Shown in pieces: positions 28,421 to 36,133 of a stretch of 64,000 nucleotides of DNA (positions are counted from its first letter, which is position 1; each line of letters begins with the position of its first letter). A program made the position numbers and the translations under genes. This stretch comes from Gaiellales bacterium (lineage in GTDB: Bacteria > Actinomycetota > Thermoleophilia > RBG-16-64-13), in contig JAAYAL010000016.1 in assembly GCA_012719395.1 (NCBI GenBank), positions 85,026 to 149,025 on the forward strand, given 5' to 3'. The notes below the pieces were generated by a model. The model was not told the origin of the DNA. It searched no databases and saw only the letters and a program-made list of their open reading frames with translations.

Positions 28421-28495
28421 GGTACCCACGGCAGGATTCGAACCTGCGACACCTGGCTCCGGAGGCCAGTGCTCTATCCCCTGAGCTACGTGGGC
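28421..28495 (-). tRNA. tRNA-Arg (anticodon CCG)
   Basis: I folded this by hand as a cloverleaf. The acceptor pairs GCCCACG with CGUGGGU, the D-stem is GCUC/GAGC, the anticodon stem is CUGGC/GCCAG with loop CUCCGGA (anticodon CCG), and the T-arm is GCAGG-UUCGAAU-CCUGC. The discriminator is A, followed by CC. Confidence 0.8.
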
Positions 28496-28543
28496 ACGCG
28501 ATCGCTATTATAACGGCTCGCGCCCGGTCGTAGCCTCCGCTCG

Positions 28544-29470
28544 TCAGAGAAAGCGGGGAGATCCCTTGTCGGGATAGGGAACCACCAGCCGATCGAAGTC
28601 GGACGGCAACACGCTGGAAGCGAATACGCCGCTGGCCTCCGCCAGCAGTTCGCCGCGGCTGTGGCGGGAACTGATGTGAGTGAGCACCAGCAGGCCCGCG
28701 CCGGCCAGGGCAGCCACCCCGGCGGCCTCGGCAGCGGTGGAATGGCGCGTCTCCACGGCGCGTTCCCTTTCCTCCTCCGAGAAGGTGGCATCGTGCACGA
28801 GCACGGTGGCGGCACGCGCCAACTCGATCACATTGAATGTAGGCCGAGTATCCCCGCTGATAACGATCTTCCTTCCCGGACGCCTGCCGTCCATCACTTC
28901 CTCCGGCTCGACGAGACGCCCGTTCTCCCCGCGCACCGTCTCCCCAAGCTGCAGTTGTCGGAAGAGCGGCCCCGGGGGGACACCCAACGCAACGGCTCTC
29001 TCCGGGTGAAACAGCCCCGGGCGGCTCTCTTCCTCAAACGCGTAGGCAAGACTGGGCGGGCCATGCTCGGTGCGGGCGGCAATCACCCGGCAGCCGTCAA
29101 TCTGCGTCACGACCCCTGGACGAGCCTCATGCAGATTGAGCGCGAACAACTGGCGCCCGAAAACCCGGTACGAGCCATTGAACAGCTCCTCCAGCCCCGG
29201 CGGGCCCCAGATGTCCAGTGACCCCTCTCTCCCCTGCAGGCTCATGGTCTTCAGCAGCCCGGGCAGGCCCAAGTAATGATCCCCGTGCAGGTGCGTAAGG
29301 AAGATGTGGTCAACGCGCACGCCGGCCGAGCGCATGAGCTGGCGCTGCGTCCCTTCACCACAGTCAACCAAGACACGCGTCCCGCCGCGTACCAAGAGCA
29401 GTCCGCTGGTGTTGCGCGCCACGGTTGGGACCGCGCCGGCAGTGCCCAGGAATAGCAGTTCAAGGTCCAC
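28544..29470 (-). CDS. rnz: ribonuclease Z
   Basis: MDLELLFLGTAGAVP...THLHGDHYLGLPGLL is the metallo-beta-lactamase fold tRNA 3' endonuclease signature. Confidence 0.85.
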   Translation of the reverse strand: MDLELLFLGTAGAVPTVARNTSGLLLVRGGTRVLVDCGEGTQRQLMRSAGVRVDHIFLTHLHGDHYLGLPGLLKTMSLQGREGSLDIWGPPGLEELFNGSYRVFGRQLFALNLHEARPGVVTQIDGCRVIAARTEHGPPSLAYAFEEESRPGLFHPERAVALGVPPGPLFRQLQLGETVRGENGRLVEPEEVMDGRRPGRKIVISGDTRPTFNVIELARAATVLVHDATFSEEERERAVETRHSTAAEAAGVAALAGAGLLVLTHISSRHSRGELLAEASGVFASSVLPSDFDRLVVPYPDKGSPRFL

Positions 29471-29484
29471 CGCTTGAAAGCTGC

Positions 29485-30003
29485 TCAGACGTCTGAGGCG
29501 CCGGCGCCTGAACCCTGACCGTTGCCCAGACCGCCCAGTCGTGGCCGCCCTCCCCCGCCGTGGACCAAGGACTCAATGGCTTCAGGACTGAACTCATGCG
29601 TGTCATGAGCGAAGGTGGGGTTGGCACAGTCCCGCCGCGAATAGAGAAATCCGTATGCCCTGTCCACTTTGGACCGACAGCGCCGCAGCGGCTCCCGAAA
29701 CGTCTTGAGGGCGCCGTACACATCGCTCCGCGGAGAAGCCTGCGAGGGCGCAAGATCCAACTCGGCCACGAAGACCTTCTCCACACAACCGAAGTAGAGT
29801 TGCCCTTCCTCTTGAAAGGCATACACATAGGGACAAGAGGACCGCAGGCAGTGGACCGGATATACCACCCGCTCGCAGATGACGGGGCAGCAGCGGCACT
29901 CGACTCTTCCCTTGCGCTTCGGACAACTCGCGGATGTCTCGCGGTCTGGCACAAACTCAGTATACACTGGCGAAAATGCCTCCCCGACAGGCTGAAGTGG
30001 CAC
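29485..30003 (-). CDS. YkgJ/UPF0153 (FliB-like) family Cys-cluster protein
   Basis: It is Cys-rich (CPKRKGRVECRCCPVIC...) and resembles the CxxCxxCC putative zinc/iron-chelating domain family. It lies immediately downstream of the minor pilin genes. Confidence 0.4.
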   Translation of the reverse strand: MPLQPVGEAFSPVYTEFVPDRETSASCPKRKGRVECRCCPVICERVVYPVHCLRSSCPYVYAFQEEGQLYFGCVEKVFVAELDLAPSQASPRSDVYGALKTFREPLRRCRSKVDRAYGFLYSRRDCANPTFAHDTHEFSPEAIESLVHGGGGRPRLGGLGNGQGSGAGASDV

Positions 30004-30004
30004 C

Positions 30005-30994
30005 TCATGGCGCCTCCTCCACCCATTCCTCCACCCTGGTTCCCGGAACCAGCCGCACGCGATACAGGGAGTGGTCCATGGCCCACAGACGCACGCTCTC
30101 CTCGTAGATCACGTACCCTGTATGGCCGAGCTGGAGCTCTCCCGTGCAGTAGACCGCTCCGTGCAGCGTGGTCCCCTCCAGTAGTACGTTTTCCGCGCCC
30201 ACCAGCACGCCCCACACTTCCCCCAGGTTGCGTGCGTCGACGACACCACCCAAGGCAACAAGCAGCAAGGGAGATTCCGCCCTGCCTGAGCCGCCGCTTG
30301 ACAGGTCCGGCCGGACCAAGACCCCCGTGCGCTCCTCCGCCAAGGTCACGCTCGGCGCGAGCCCCACCTGCCCTTCCTCCAACCATGTCTTCGTCCCCGC
30401 ATCGAGCTCCCAGTGGCTGGTGAGATGTGTCCAGGAGAACGCCCCCAGACTCTCCACCGGGCGGAACTGGGTGGCCACGGGGACGGCTTCTGCCTCTTCT
30501 GGGAGCGCAGACGAGATCCCGGGCGTGGTCCGATCCACGGCAGGCACCACACTTCGCGCCACGATAGCCGCATGCGGCAACTCCACACCATCCCATGCCC
30601 GCTCGACAAGCGCAGACAGCCGGCGAGCCCCCACGCTCTTCCCTTCGTACACGGCGGCGGGCAGGCTCACCGTGGCCTGAAGATACACTGAGGCCACAGG
30701 GTCCTGAAGATCGACATCGGCCCGGTAGCCCAGACTGCCTGACGCTCCGTCCTCTCCCATGACAGCGCGAGGTTCCCAGCGTGCAATCGCCGCCAAACGC
30801 ACTGCTTCCAGAAAAGCTTCAGCGTCGGCCCGCGCAGATTGCGCCGCCGTTTCCGTCAAGGCCACGCGCAGACCGGTAGAAATGAGAGAACTGAGGCACA
30901 ACACCAGTGCTGCGCATCCCACACACACCAGCATTGTGGCCAGGAGGATGGACCCGTGCTGGGCGCGGTCACGATCGCTGAGATCGCCGTTCAT
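30005..30994 (-). CDS. PilX-like minor pilus assembly protein (N-terminal TM, no prepilin cleavage motif)
   Basis: The ATG start overlaps the upstream stop (ATGA). The hydrophobic N-terminus SILLATMLVCVGCAALVLCL is followed by a roughly 300 aa extracellular domain. It is the last gene of the minor pilin operon. Confidence 0.5.
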   Translation of the reverse strand: MNGDLSDRDRAQHGSILLATMLVCVGCAALVLCLSSLISTGLRVALTETAAQSARADAEAFLEAVRLAAIARWEPRAVMGEDGASGSLGYRADVDLQDPVASVYLQATVSLPAAVYEGKSVGARRLSALVERAWDGVELPHAAIVARSVVPAVDRTTPGISSALPEEAEAVPVATQFRPVESLGAFSWTHLTSHWELDAGTKTWLEEGQVGLAPSVTLAEERTGVLVRPDLSSGGSGRAESPLLLVALGGVVDARNLGEVWGVLVGAENVLLEGTTLHGAVYCTGELQLGHTGYVIYEESVRLWAMDHSLYRVRLVPGTRVEEWVEEAP

Positions 30995-31590
30995 CGTCCC
31001 AGGCCCGCCGAGCAGAGCAAGACCTGCCGGGCGGGGCCGACGGCGCCTCGGCGGACAGCCTCCAGCTGCACACGATCCGCCAGAAGCAGCCCATCGGGCG
31101 ACAGGGGCGCAACAAGCTCCCGGTCCTCTGAGTAGTAGCGAAAGCGCGCGGCCTCTTCCACCGGTTCCAGCATGGTCTTGTGGTCGATGAAGTGCCATCC
31201 GCCGGACGGCAGCGGGCCAGTCACGGTGGCCGCATCACCCCGTCTGCGCATGAGACGCGCTCCGCTGATCTCCCAGGCCACCAGTTCCACATCCGCCGGG
31301 CTGCCCGTTCGCGCCAACATCACCAACCGACCACCATCCGCCTCCAGGAGCAGCGACGGGACGCCTGCAGACCCCCCTCCCACCGCGCAGGCCGAGCGCA
31401 GGTCGTGCTTCAGACGAATGCCCGCCACCCGTGCCTGCAGTTGCCATACCAGACGATCCGTGATATCGGCCGAGCGCTTCTCCACCCCGGTCCACAGCTG
31501 TGCCAGCAGGAGGAGCAGTAGGGTCGACAGCGCCAGCGCCACGAGCACTTCCACAAGAGTGAACCCCGACCGATCAGAAGAAGAGGTCAA
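30991..31590 (-). CDS. prepilin-type minor pilin (PilW-like)
   Basis: A TTG start is preceded by GAGGAGGGGAGG. The leader MTSSSDRSG is followed by FTLVEVLVALALSTLLLLLLAQ, giving the G-1/E+5 prepilin motif. Confidence 0.55.
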   Translation of the reverse strand: MTSSSDRSGFTLVEVLVALALSTLLLLLLAQLWTGVEKRSADITDRLVWQLQARVAGIRLKHDLRSACAVGGGSAGVPSLLLEADGGRLVMLARTGSPADVELVAWEISGARLMRRRGDAATVTGPLPSGGWHFIDHKTMLEPVEEAARFRYYSEDRELVAPLSPDGLLLADRVQLEAVRRGAVGPARQVLLCSAGLGR

Positions 31591-32248
31591 GACACCTCCC
31601 CTCCTCAGCCCGAAAGGCCTGCGCCAGACTTCCCAAGCGCACCTCCACGGTTCCTCCCACCGCCTCCAGGTGCACACATCCGTCCGCGGCCACCTGCACC
31701 CGCCCCCGGCTGGTCACAACCTCCACTTCCGTATGCGCAAAGCTGGGAGCGTGGACCAGAATGGTGGAGAGACTCTCTGTCTCTGCGCCGGCGTCTCCCG
31801 GTACCAGCAGGCGCCGCGGAGGGCCCCAACCTCCTCCGGCACCACGGGCCCGCACCACGGCCTCCTCTCCTTGCCTGGCCTGCCGGAGGAACGGATCGGC
31901 CAGCACGACGTCCCCATTCGCCACCGGATACTCCCCCAGGAACCAACCCTGGACCCAGAGCCCGACCTGAACACCCTCCTCCGGCAGAGTCGGCGAAGTA
32001 GCCACCTCCAGTGCCGGCCCTTCCTTCCACTCCGCCTTCTCGACACACACGCCCCAGGCCGCCCTCCTGCCCACAAGGGCATCGTCCGGAGTTACCACCA
32101 CCTGGCCCAGCAACTCCTCCGTCCGCTGCACCCTGCCCGCCAGTGAAACCCAGACCTGCAGCATGCCAGCCAGGAGGATGGACAGTAGTGCCAGCGATGC
32201 GGAGACCTCCAGCAACGCCCAGCCGCACTGCGATGGTGCACCCTTCAT
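31574..32248 (-). CDS. prepilin-type minor pilin (PilV-like)
   Basis: The ATG overlaps the upstream stop (ATGA). MKGAPSQCG^WALLEVSASLALLSILLAGM carries a G-1/E+5 motif. Confidence 0.55.
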   Translation of the reverse strand: MKGAPSQCGWALLEVSASLALLSILLAGMLQVWVSLAGRVQRTEELLGQVVVTPDDALVGRRAAWGVCVEKAEWKEGPALEVATSPTLPEEGVQVGLWVQGWFLGEYPVANGDVVLADPFLRQARQGEEAVVRARGAGGGWGPPRRLLVPGDAGAETESLSTILVHAPSFAHTEVEVVTSRGRVQVAADGCVHLEAVGGTVEVRLGSLAQAFRAEEGRCLDLFF

Positions 32249-32757
32249 CGCCGCTCCCGCCTGGTGCAACCCGTGGCCGCTCTCACCACCACACGGCTTC
32301 CCGTGCCCTCCTCCCCCAGGAATACGGATCCGGCGGAGTCCGGAGCCGCGAACCAGCCCGAGAACGTCACATGCACACCCGATGCTTCAGTCCAGCGTGT
32401 GACGTTGGTGCTCACCGCAACCGTGGGAATCTCATCGGAGTACACGGTGGCGTCTGGTTGCGAGGGTGCGGCCGCATCCCCTGGGCGCAGATGAGTCCAT
32501 TCACCCTCGCTGAGGCGGACGAGGTGCCGCCCACCCAACAGGAGAGTCTCCACTTGAGCCTCTGCGAGGACCCCCTGTACCACTTGGGCGGCGCCACGCG
32601 ATTCCGCCGCGTTGACCGCACGCCCGCACGTCAGAAGAGGGATGGAGATCAGTAGCATGAGGACGGCAAGGGCGACCAGCAGTTCGACAAGTGTGTGGCC
32701 TGCAAAGTCGGCCGCGTGGCCAAGACGTGAGAATGTGTGTGCAGTGGTGCTTTCCAT
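32245..32757 (-). CDS. prepilin-type minor pilin (FimT/GspH-like), His at +1
   Basis: The sequence is ...ADFAG^HTLVELLVALAVLMLLISI, which has G-1 and E+5 but an unusual His at +1. Confidence 0.55.
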   Translation of the reverse strand: MESTTAHTFSRLGHAADFAGHTLVELLVALAVLMLLISIPLLTCGRAVNAAESRGAAQVVQGVLAEAQVETLLLGGRHLVRLSEGEWTHLRPGDAAAPSQPDATVYSDEIPTVAVSTNVTRWTEASGVHVTFSGWFAAPDSAGSVFLGEEGTGSRVVVRAATGCTRRERR

Positions 32758-32788
32758 GAGACCAGGCTATAGCCCGGTCTCAGCTTGG

Positions 32789-34150
32789 TCACTGCAACCT
32801 TGGTCCGATCCTGCCGACCGGCCCTCCCTTCTGCCACGCAACCAGACCGCCCAGCACGAGGAAGAAGAGACTGTGCACGCCGGGGACGGTGATGGACACC
32901 AGGGATTGGGCCATATAGGCGCACGCCGCCGCAACGGCGGCGCAGTGCCAGGCAACCCCAGGCGCGTCCGTGCGGCGCACGCAGCGGAGGAGACTACCCC
33001 CTACGACCAGCACCACGATCAGCAGGTACAGCACCGCCGCCGGAACGCCGGCTACGACGGCCAAGTGCATAGGGTCGGAATGCGCTCGGTCCGCGATCCT
33101 CTCCGTCCCCTCCGCTGCATTGAAACGCTCCGTCCGGTAGTCCTCGAACACCGAACCCATCTGGTCCAGTCCCACCCCCACCAGGGGATGATCGGAGATC
33201 ATGCGCAGACTGATCTCCCAGATGGCCAGCCGGCCGTCATTGCGGGAGTTGGACACGGCCGTCAGCGTGGAGAGATCAGTCTGCACGTCGTGCTGCTGTT
33301 CCGAGACGCTCGCGGTGGGCAGCGCTGCGATGCAGGCGGCGATCACACCGGCACTGAGCAGCCCGCCGAGCAGCCGGATGACCTGCCTGCCCCCACCCAC
33401 CCGCCAGACCAGTACCAGGAACAGCACCGAGCCGCCGGCCGTTCCCAGCCAAGCCGCCCGCGTGAACGTGAAATACAGCGCGGCCAGGGCCGTCGCCAGC
33501 CCCACGATCGCCGCCCATCTCACCCCGCGACGCGTATACGTGGCCGCGCACAGGAGCAGCGGGATGATCAGCGCGAGGTATCCACCGAAGAATATGGGGT
33601 TGCGGAAACTGGAGAACACCCTGCCGGTCTGACGCAGGATGGCCAATCCGCTGAGGTCCAGGCCGAAGTGCTGAAGGATGCCGTAGATGGAAAGCACGCA
33701 GCCCGCGGCGAGGATGGCACCGTAGATCACGCGCTGGTCCCTCCAACCCCTGGTCTGGGCTGCCGAAGCCATGATGACCAGGCCGGAAAGCCATACGAGG
33801 AGACCATCATCACGGCCTGGGAAGCCCCACACTCCCGTTTCCGGCGATGCGGACAGCACCGAGCCCAGCGTCAGCCAAACGGCGAGCGCCAGGCACAGCC
33901 AGCCCAAGAGGCCCACCCGGCACGGCAGACCGCCGAAGCGCCGCACGGCCGCGGCCCACCATGCGGCCAAGAGCAGCCCCAAGGCGATCACGACGTATGC
34001 CTTCAGGGCAAAGTACCCGTCGAACCCATCCGGCGGCCAGACAGTGAGCGGGGGAAGGCAGGCGACGAGCGCCAAGAGGATGGTGCGGACTGATGCCCCC
34101 CATCGCGTGGCCTCGGGGTTCGTCAGGGGTAAGGGGCCTGCTTGTGCCAT
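32789..34150 (-). CDS. O-antigen ligase family (Wzy_C) polytopic membrane protein, TfpO/PglL-like candidate pilin O-oligosaccharyltransferase
   Basis: It has about ten predicted transmembrane segments and a periplasmic loop with an RxxxAxWxxxxxHPLxGxG-like motif (RLAIWEISLRMISDHPLVGVGLD). The start was set at the internal ATG preceded by a GGAG-rich tract. It lies directly downstream of major pilin 1. Confidence 0.6.
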   Translation of the reverse strand: MAQAGPLPLTNPEATRWGASVRTILLALVACLPPLTVWPPDGFDGYFALKAYVVIALGLLLAAWWAAAVRRFGGLPCRVGLLGWLCLALAVWLTLGSVLSASPETGVWGFPGRDDGLLVWLSGLVIMASAAQTRGWRDQRVIYGAILAAGCVLSIYGILQHFGLDLSGLAILRQTGRVFSSFRNPIFFGGYLALIIPLLLCAATYTRRGVRWAAIVGLATALAALYFTFTRAAWLGTAGGSVLFLVLVWRVGGGRQVIRLLGGLLSAGVIAACIAALPTASVSEQQHDVQTDLSTLTAVSNSRNDGRLAIWEISLRMISDHPLVGVGLDQMGSVFEDYRTERFNAAEGTERIADRAHSDPMHLAVVAGVPAAVLYLLIVVLVVGGSLLRCVRRTDAPGVAWHCAAVAAACAYMAQSLVSITVPGVHSLFFLVLGGLVAWQKGGPVGRIGPRLQ

Positions 34151-34277
34151 CGGCTCCACTTCCACCCCCAGCTGTCGCGCTGCCATGTGCTGATGAGGAT
34201 TCTCCGTCCGCGCCCGAGTTCCTACGAGCGGTGCGCGCGTAGCGCAACCGTTCTTTCCGCGAGGCTCGCGCGTCCTG

Positions 34278-34823
34278 CTACCAACCAACCTCGGCGGAGC
34301 CATCGATCACCCTGACCCGCACGTAGCCCGTCTCGCTGAGGTCTACGGTGTCGACCTGTATCCCGAACCAATTACCGCTCTCGCTCCGGCTGGCGACATC
34401 CACCACCGTGGGAGACTCCGCGTAGTAGACGAGCTGGTTCTGGCTGGCATCGGCAACGATCGTGCCGTTGATGCCGGGAGGTGACGTGCTCACTATGTTC
34501 ACGTCGGCCTCTATCCAGTGGCTGCTCGTCTCAAGCGCGTTGAGTGCCTCTGCCGTGATGGACGTGTAGTCGCCCGTCTCCACGAACGCGGTCTGCAGCG
34601 TGGTCAGCCCGTTACGCACCAGCGAATAGGCCACGGTGTCCTGGGCGCTCTGGCGCTGGCCCAGGTAGGTGGGGATGGCGATGGCGGCCAGGATGGCGAT
34701 GATGATGATGACAATCAGGAGCTCTATCAGGGTGAAGCCGGTTTCCGCGCGCGCGTGAGTGCGCGCATATCCTGTGGTGTGTCTCATGCCCACCAGACCG
34801 CTCACATGGTGTATCCGAGCCAT
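34278..34823 (-). CDS. type IV major pilin (paralogue 1)
   Basis: The ATG start has AAGGAG 9 nt upstream, overlapping the TPR stop codon. The N-terminus ...AETG^FTLIELLIVIIIIAILAAIAIPTYLGQRQSAQD is a class III signal peptide plus the conserved pilin N-terminal helix, and the leader is unusually long at about 29 aa. Confidence 0.7.
   Translation of the reverse strand: MARIHHVSGLVGMRHTTGYARTHARAETGFTLIELLIVIIIIAILAAIAIPTYLGQRQSAQDTVAYSLVRNGLTTLQTAFVETGDYTSITAEALNALETSSHWIEADVNIVSTSPPGINGTIVADASQNQLVYYAESPTVVDVASRSESGNWFGIQVDTVDLSETGYVRVRVIDGSAEVGW
34664..34745. repeat. about 80-bp near-identical DNA repeat (copy A) encoding the conserved pilin N-terminal helix
   Basis: Copy A is aggtggggatggcgatggcggccaggatggcgatgatgatgatgacaatcaggagctctatcagggtgaagccg. 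It differs from the copy at 36022-36100 at roughly 6 positions. Confidence 0.6.
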
Positions 34824-34836
34824 CCCCTTCAACTCC

Positions 34837-35487
34837 TTAGGATTGTCCTGATCCGGGCAGGGCTGCGGCGGCGTCCCGTCCTACCTGCGCCGCGTCCTCG
34901 GTGCGCCCCGATTCCTCCAGCAAGTCGATGAGCATGCTGAAGGCACGTGCATACGGAGGCTCCGTCTCGACTGCCTCACGAAGGGTCTGCTCGGCACCAT
35001 CGATGTCCCCTCCGGCAATCTGAGCCTGGGCCAAGAAGGCCAGGTGTTTGCCGCTGGGCTCAATGACGGCGGCCTCGCGGAAGACGCGGACGGCATCCGC
35101 CGGCCGATCCTGGTGGTTCAGGTAGTTGAAACCCAGCTCCGTCCGGGTTTGCGTATCGTCGGCGTCCAGGGCGACCACACGCTCCTGCACGGCCAAGGCT
35201 TCGTCCCAGCGCTGCAGCATCACCAGTGCCACCGCCAGCCCGGACAGCGCGTCAAGGTTCTCGGGCTCGCCAGCAAGCAGGTTCCGATACTCAGTCACGG
35301 CTCCGGCCAGATCTCCCTCGGCCTCCCGCGCCTGCGCTCGATCGAGGCCACCGCCACAACCTGCCGCCGCGGCACCTACAACCAGCAGAACACACGCCAC
35401 GGCTGCCACAGCCGGGAGGCCAAGGAGGGACCTCCCTCGTCCACGCGAGCTGAGCCCGTGTGCTTCCCTGTGCTGGTACGTCTCCAC
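34837..35487 (-). CDS. TPR-repeat lipoprotein
   Basis: The signal peptide has a lipobox (VVGAAAAG^C), followed by TPR-like repeats (AVTEYRNLLAGEPENLDALSGLAVAL...). It sits between the two pilin genes and is translationally linked to pilin 1. Confidence 0.6.
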   Translation of the reverse strand: METYQHREAHGLSSRGRGRSLLGLPAVAAVACVLLVVGAAAAGCGGGLDRAQAREAEGDLAGAVTEYRNLLAGEPENLDALSGLAVALVMLQRWDEALAVQERVVALDADDTQTRTELGFNYLNHQDRPADAVRVFREAAVIEPSGKHLAFLAQAQIAGGDIDGAEQTLREAVETEPPYARAFSMLIDLLEESGRTEDAAQVGRDAAAALPGSGQS

Positions 35488-35537
35488 CCGGCGCTCTCTC
35501 GCTCTCCGTTCCGTCTGCTGCGCTCCGGACAGTCCGA

Positions 35538-35570
35538 GGGGGCAGCGGCCTTGCTGCCACCGCTGCCCCC
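35538..35570. terminator. perfect 11-bp GC hairpin downstream of pilin paralogue 2
   Basis: The inverted repeat is gggggcagcgg...ccgctgccccc with a 12-nt loop. It lies about 85 nt past the pilin 2 stop and before the TPR gene. Confidence 0.45.
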
Positions 35571-35653
35571 ACGCGGGTCCCTCTACCTCTCTCCCAGACT
35601 ACCTACCACCCGTTCGCGTGATCCCTGTGGACCTCAGGCACGGGTCTTCGCGT

Positions 35654-36133
35654 CTACCAGCTGGCTGGGTCGTTACCAATGTAGAACGTGTTGCCGGGAG
35701 CATGGCCGTCAATTGCCGACGCAGTCTTGTTGACTATCACGCCGAATGTCTTACCGGACTCAGAGGTCGTGCCGACTCCGTAGGCGTCCTTGCCGATCGA
35801 GTCATCCACAGCAACCGCGTTGTCCTGAGCCGATACACCCGGCTTCGTGGCGGCATCCGGCACCATCGAGAAGACGATAGAAGGCTCGATCGCGAGCAGG
35901 ATATCTGCGTCGACTTCCCCGAAGTCACGAGTGTCCACGTAGGCCGACTCCACGGCGGTCATGGCATTACGCACCAAGGACTTCGCTGCCGCATCCTGAG
36001 CCTTCTGCCGCTGCCCCAGGAAGGTGGGGATGGCGATGGCGGCCAGGATGGCGATGATGATGATGACAACCAGGAGCTCGATGAGGGTGAAACCGCCTTC
36101 GCCCCTCATCCTCTTGTTGAGTTTACTGAACAT
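35654..36133 (-). CDS. type IV major pilin (paralogue 2)
   Basis: The ATG is preceded by GGGAGGA. The sequence MFSKLNKRMRGEGG^FTLIELLVVIIIIAILAAIAIPTFLGQRQKAQD has a 14 aa leader, and the gene has its own terminator. Confidence 0.7.
   Translation of the reverse strand: MFSKLNKRMRGEGGFTLIELLVVIIIIAILAAIAIPTFLGQRQKAQDAAAKSLVRNAMTAVESAYVDTRDFGEVDADILLAIEPSIVFSMVPDAATKPGVSAQDNAVAVDDSIGKDAYGVGTTSESGKTFGVIVNKTASAIDGHAPGNTFYIGNDPASW
36022..36100. repeat. about 80-bp near-identical DNA repeat (copy B) within pilin paralogue 2
   Basis: Copy B is aggtggggatggcgatggcggccaggatggcgatgatgatgatgacaaccaggagctcgatgagggtgaaaccgcc. It is also visible as the shared GDGDGGQDGDDDDDNQEL frame in two plus-strand track ORFs. 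Confidence 0.6.

Noticed and set aside
28381-28543. Additional tRNA genes flanking tRNA-Arg.
   Set aside because: Only one T-arm consensus (GGTTCGAATCC, read on the minus strand) occurs in the window, and no second cloverleaf could be folded.
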